DNA of 64,000 bases from an uncultured Staphylococcaceae bacterium (lineage in GTDB: Bacteria; Bacillota_I; Bacilli_A; RFN20; CAG-826): assembly GCA_964639215.1 (NCBI GenBank), contig CAZXCV010000001.1:35168-99167 (forward strand). Reading direction: 5' to 3'. Shown piece by piece: positions 62,643-64,000 of the stretch. The position numbers and the translations under genes are program-made. The notes under the pieces were generated by a model. It saw nothing but the letters and a program-made list of their open reading frames with translations. It did not search any database and was not told the DNA's origin. Numbering within the stretch: position 1 is the first letter of the stretch; each line of letters begins with the position of its first letter.

Positions 62643-64000
62643 CTAATTAAATGTTTTATCGGCCGTGATATTAAAAGCGCCACTAGTATAATCAACGACG
62701 TATTGACGCGTCGTATCGATTTCTCCCGCTATAATCGCACGAGCTAATAACGTTTCGATTTCTCGCTGGATGAATCGCTTAATTGGGCGTGCCCCATATT
62801 CAAATGAATAAGCGGTATCAATGATATACTGCTTAACGTTACTTGTAAAAACAACGCTGATATATTGCTCTTCAAGCCGTCTCATTAATTCGCCAAGCAT
62901 CTTATCGACAATTCGGAGTTGCACATCACGTCTCAAAGGTTCGAAGTAAACTATTTCATCAATCCGATTTAAGAATTCTGGTCTGAATGTATGATGGAGC
63001 ATGTCGTCAACTTTGTCCCGCTCATTGTTAAGGAGAAATTCACTACCAAGATTGCTAGTCATAATGATGATGGTATTACGAAAATCAACAATCCGTCCTT
63101 GCGAATCAGTCAATCGCCCATCATCAATTACTTGAAGCAATAAATTAAATACTTCTGGATGTGCCTTTTCGATTTCGTCAAATAAAACAATGCTATAAGG
63201 GGCACGTCGGACTTTTTCCGTTAATTGACCACCTTCCTCATAACCAACATAACCAGGGGGCGCTCCGATTAATCTCGACACAGAAAACTTTTCCATATAT
63301 TCACTCATATCAATCCTGATAATATTGGCTTCATTATCAAATAACGCTTCTGCCAATGATCGGGCGACTTCGGTTTTTCCTACTCCAGTTGGGCCTAAAA
63401 ACATGAATGATCCGATTGGACGTCTCTCATCTTTAATGCCCGCTCTTTGGCGAATAATCGCATCAGCGACAAGACTAATAGCTGTGTCTTGCCCAATAAC
63501 TCGTTTCATCAATGTGTCTTTTAATGCGAGAACTTTTTCTTTATCGCCTTTCATAATCTTTGAAATGGGAATGTGTGTGTTTTTAGAAATAATCACAGCA
63601 ATTTCTTTTTCAGTGACAATTTCTGAAAGTAACTTTGCATGTGGGACTTTTTCTTCAAGTTGTTTCAACTTTTTCTCAAGTAAAGGAATATCTTGATATT
63701 GAAGTTTACTCGCAATTTGGTATTGGCCCCGATTAAACGCGGCATCAAGTTCAAACCGCGCTCGGTCTAAATCTTTTTTCAGTGACTTGATATCATTAAT
63801 AACTTGTTTCTCATCTTGCCAACGTGTTTTTAATTTTGTCTGAGCTTGAATAAGATGACGTAATTCATCATTAACTTTTTCAAGTCGTGTTTGACTACTA
63901 GCATCTTTTTCTTTAGTTAAAGCAACTTTCTCGATTTCAAGTTGCCGAATTTTTCGATCAAGCTCATCAAGTTCTGAGGGTAATGATTCGATTTGGACAC
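62643..64000 (-). CDS. clpB: Clp ATPase ClpB-like chaperone; partial (N-terminal half lies beyond the window end)
   Basis: NBD2 with GPTGVGKTE Walker A and the sensor region. The upstream frame continues through a coiled-coil middle domain to position 64000 without a stop. Confidence 0.8.
   Translation of the reverse strand, partial: VQIESLPSELDELDRKIRQLEIEKVALTKEKDASSQTRLEKVNDELRHLIQAQTKLKTRWQDEKQVINDIKSLKKDLDRARFELDAAFNRGQYQIASKLQYQDIPLLEKKLKQLEEKVPHAKLLSEIVTEKEIAVIISKNTHIPISKIMKGDKEKVLALKDTLMKRVIGQDTAISLVADAIIRQRAGIKDERRPIGSFMFLGPTGVGKTEVARSLAEALFDNEANIIRIDMSEYMEKFSVSRLIGAPPGYVGYEEGGQLTEKVRRAPYSIVLFDEIEKAHPEVFNLLLQVIDDGRLTDSQGRIVDFRNTIIIMTSNLGSEFLLNNERDKVDDMLHHTFRPEFLNRIDEIVYFEPLRRDVQLRIVDKMLGELMRRLEEQYISVVFTSNVKQYIIDTAYSFEYGARPIKRFIQREIETLLARAIIAGEIDTTRQYVVDYTSGAFNITADKTFN

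Overview
This window looks like a low-GC Firmicutes/Erysipelotrichia-like chromosome, almost entirely housekeeping genes transcribed on the minus strand. The gene blocks match classic Bacillus-type syntenies. The first is the heat-shock block mtaB-(unknown)-rsmE-TM2-dnaJ-dnaK-grpE-hrcA, with two CIRCE-like operators. It is followed by hemW, lepA, a nuclease-helicase, fmt, cysK-cysE, rpsT and aguA-aguB. The next block holds competence and replication genes (holA-comEC-comEA, greA), a split chrA pair and ruvX-alaS with a T-box leader. Then come mnmA/dtd, rarA, pdp, plsC, pulA, acpS-ftsK, rnj and a three-gene GlpA-like/DUF1667 oxidoreductase cluster. The final block is pnp-pepT-rpsO, ribF-truB, the nusA operon (rimP-nusA-ylxR-ylxQ-infB-rbfA), a tRNA-Thr(GGU) gene and the 3' part of clpB. 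I saw no CRISPR array, transposase, integrase or rRNA. Six items stand out for follow-up. (1) A Fic-fold protein with a degenerate active site plus a C-terminal wHTH, with an 83-aa membrane protein, is wedged into the conserved lepA-hemW junction. (2) A 1.25-kb AT-rich islet sits next to tRNA-Thr, bounded by an 11-bp direct repeat of the tRNA 3' end, and carries an intact Fic AMPylase-like gene and an ASCH gene. (3) A DUF2130-like coiled-coil protein has a possible PD-(D/E)xK motif. (4) A RecB-type nuclease is fused to an XPD/DinG Fe-S helicase between fmt and lepA. (5) A TtcA-like PP-loop ATPase is fused to a GNAT acetyltransferase. (6) Two tandem CIRCE elements lie upstream of hrcA. All calls come from reading the six-frame translations and sequence motifs by eye; I ran no database searches.
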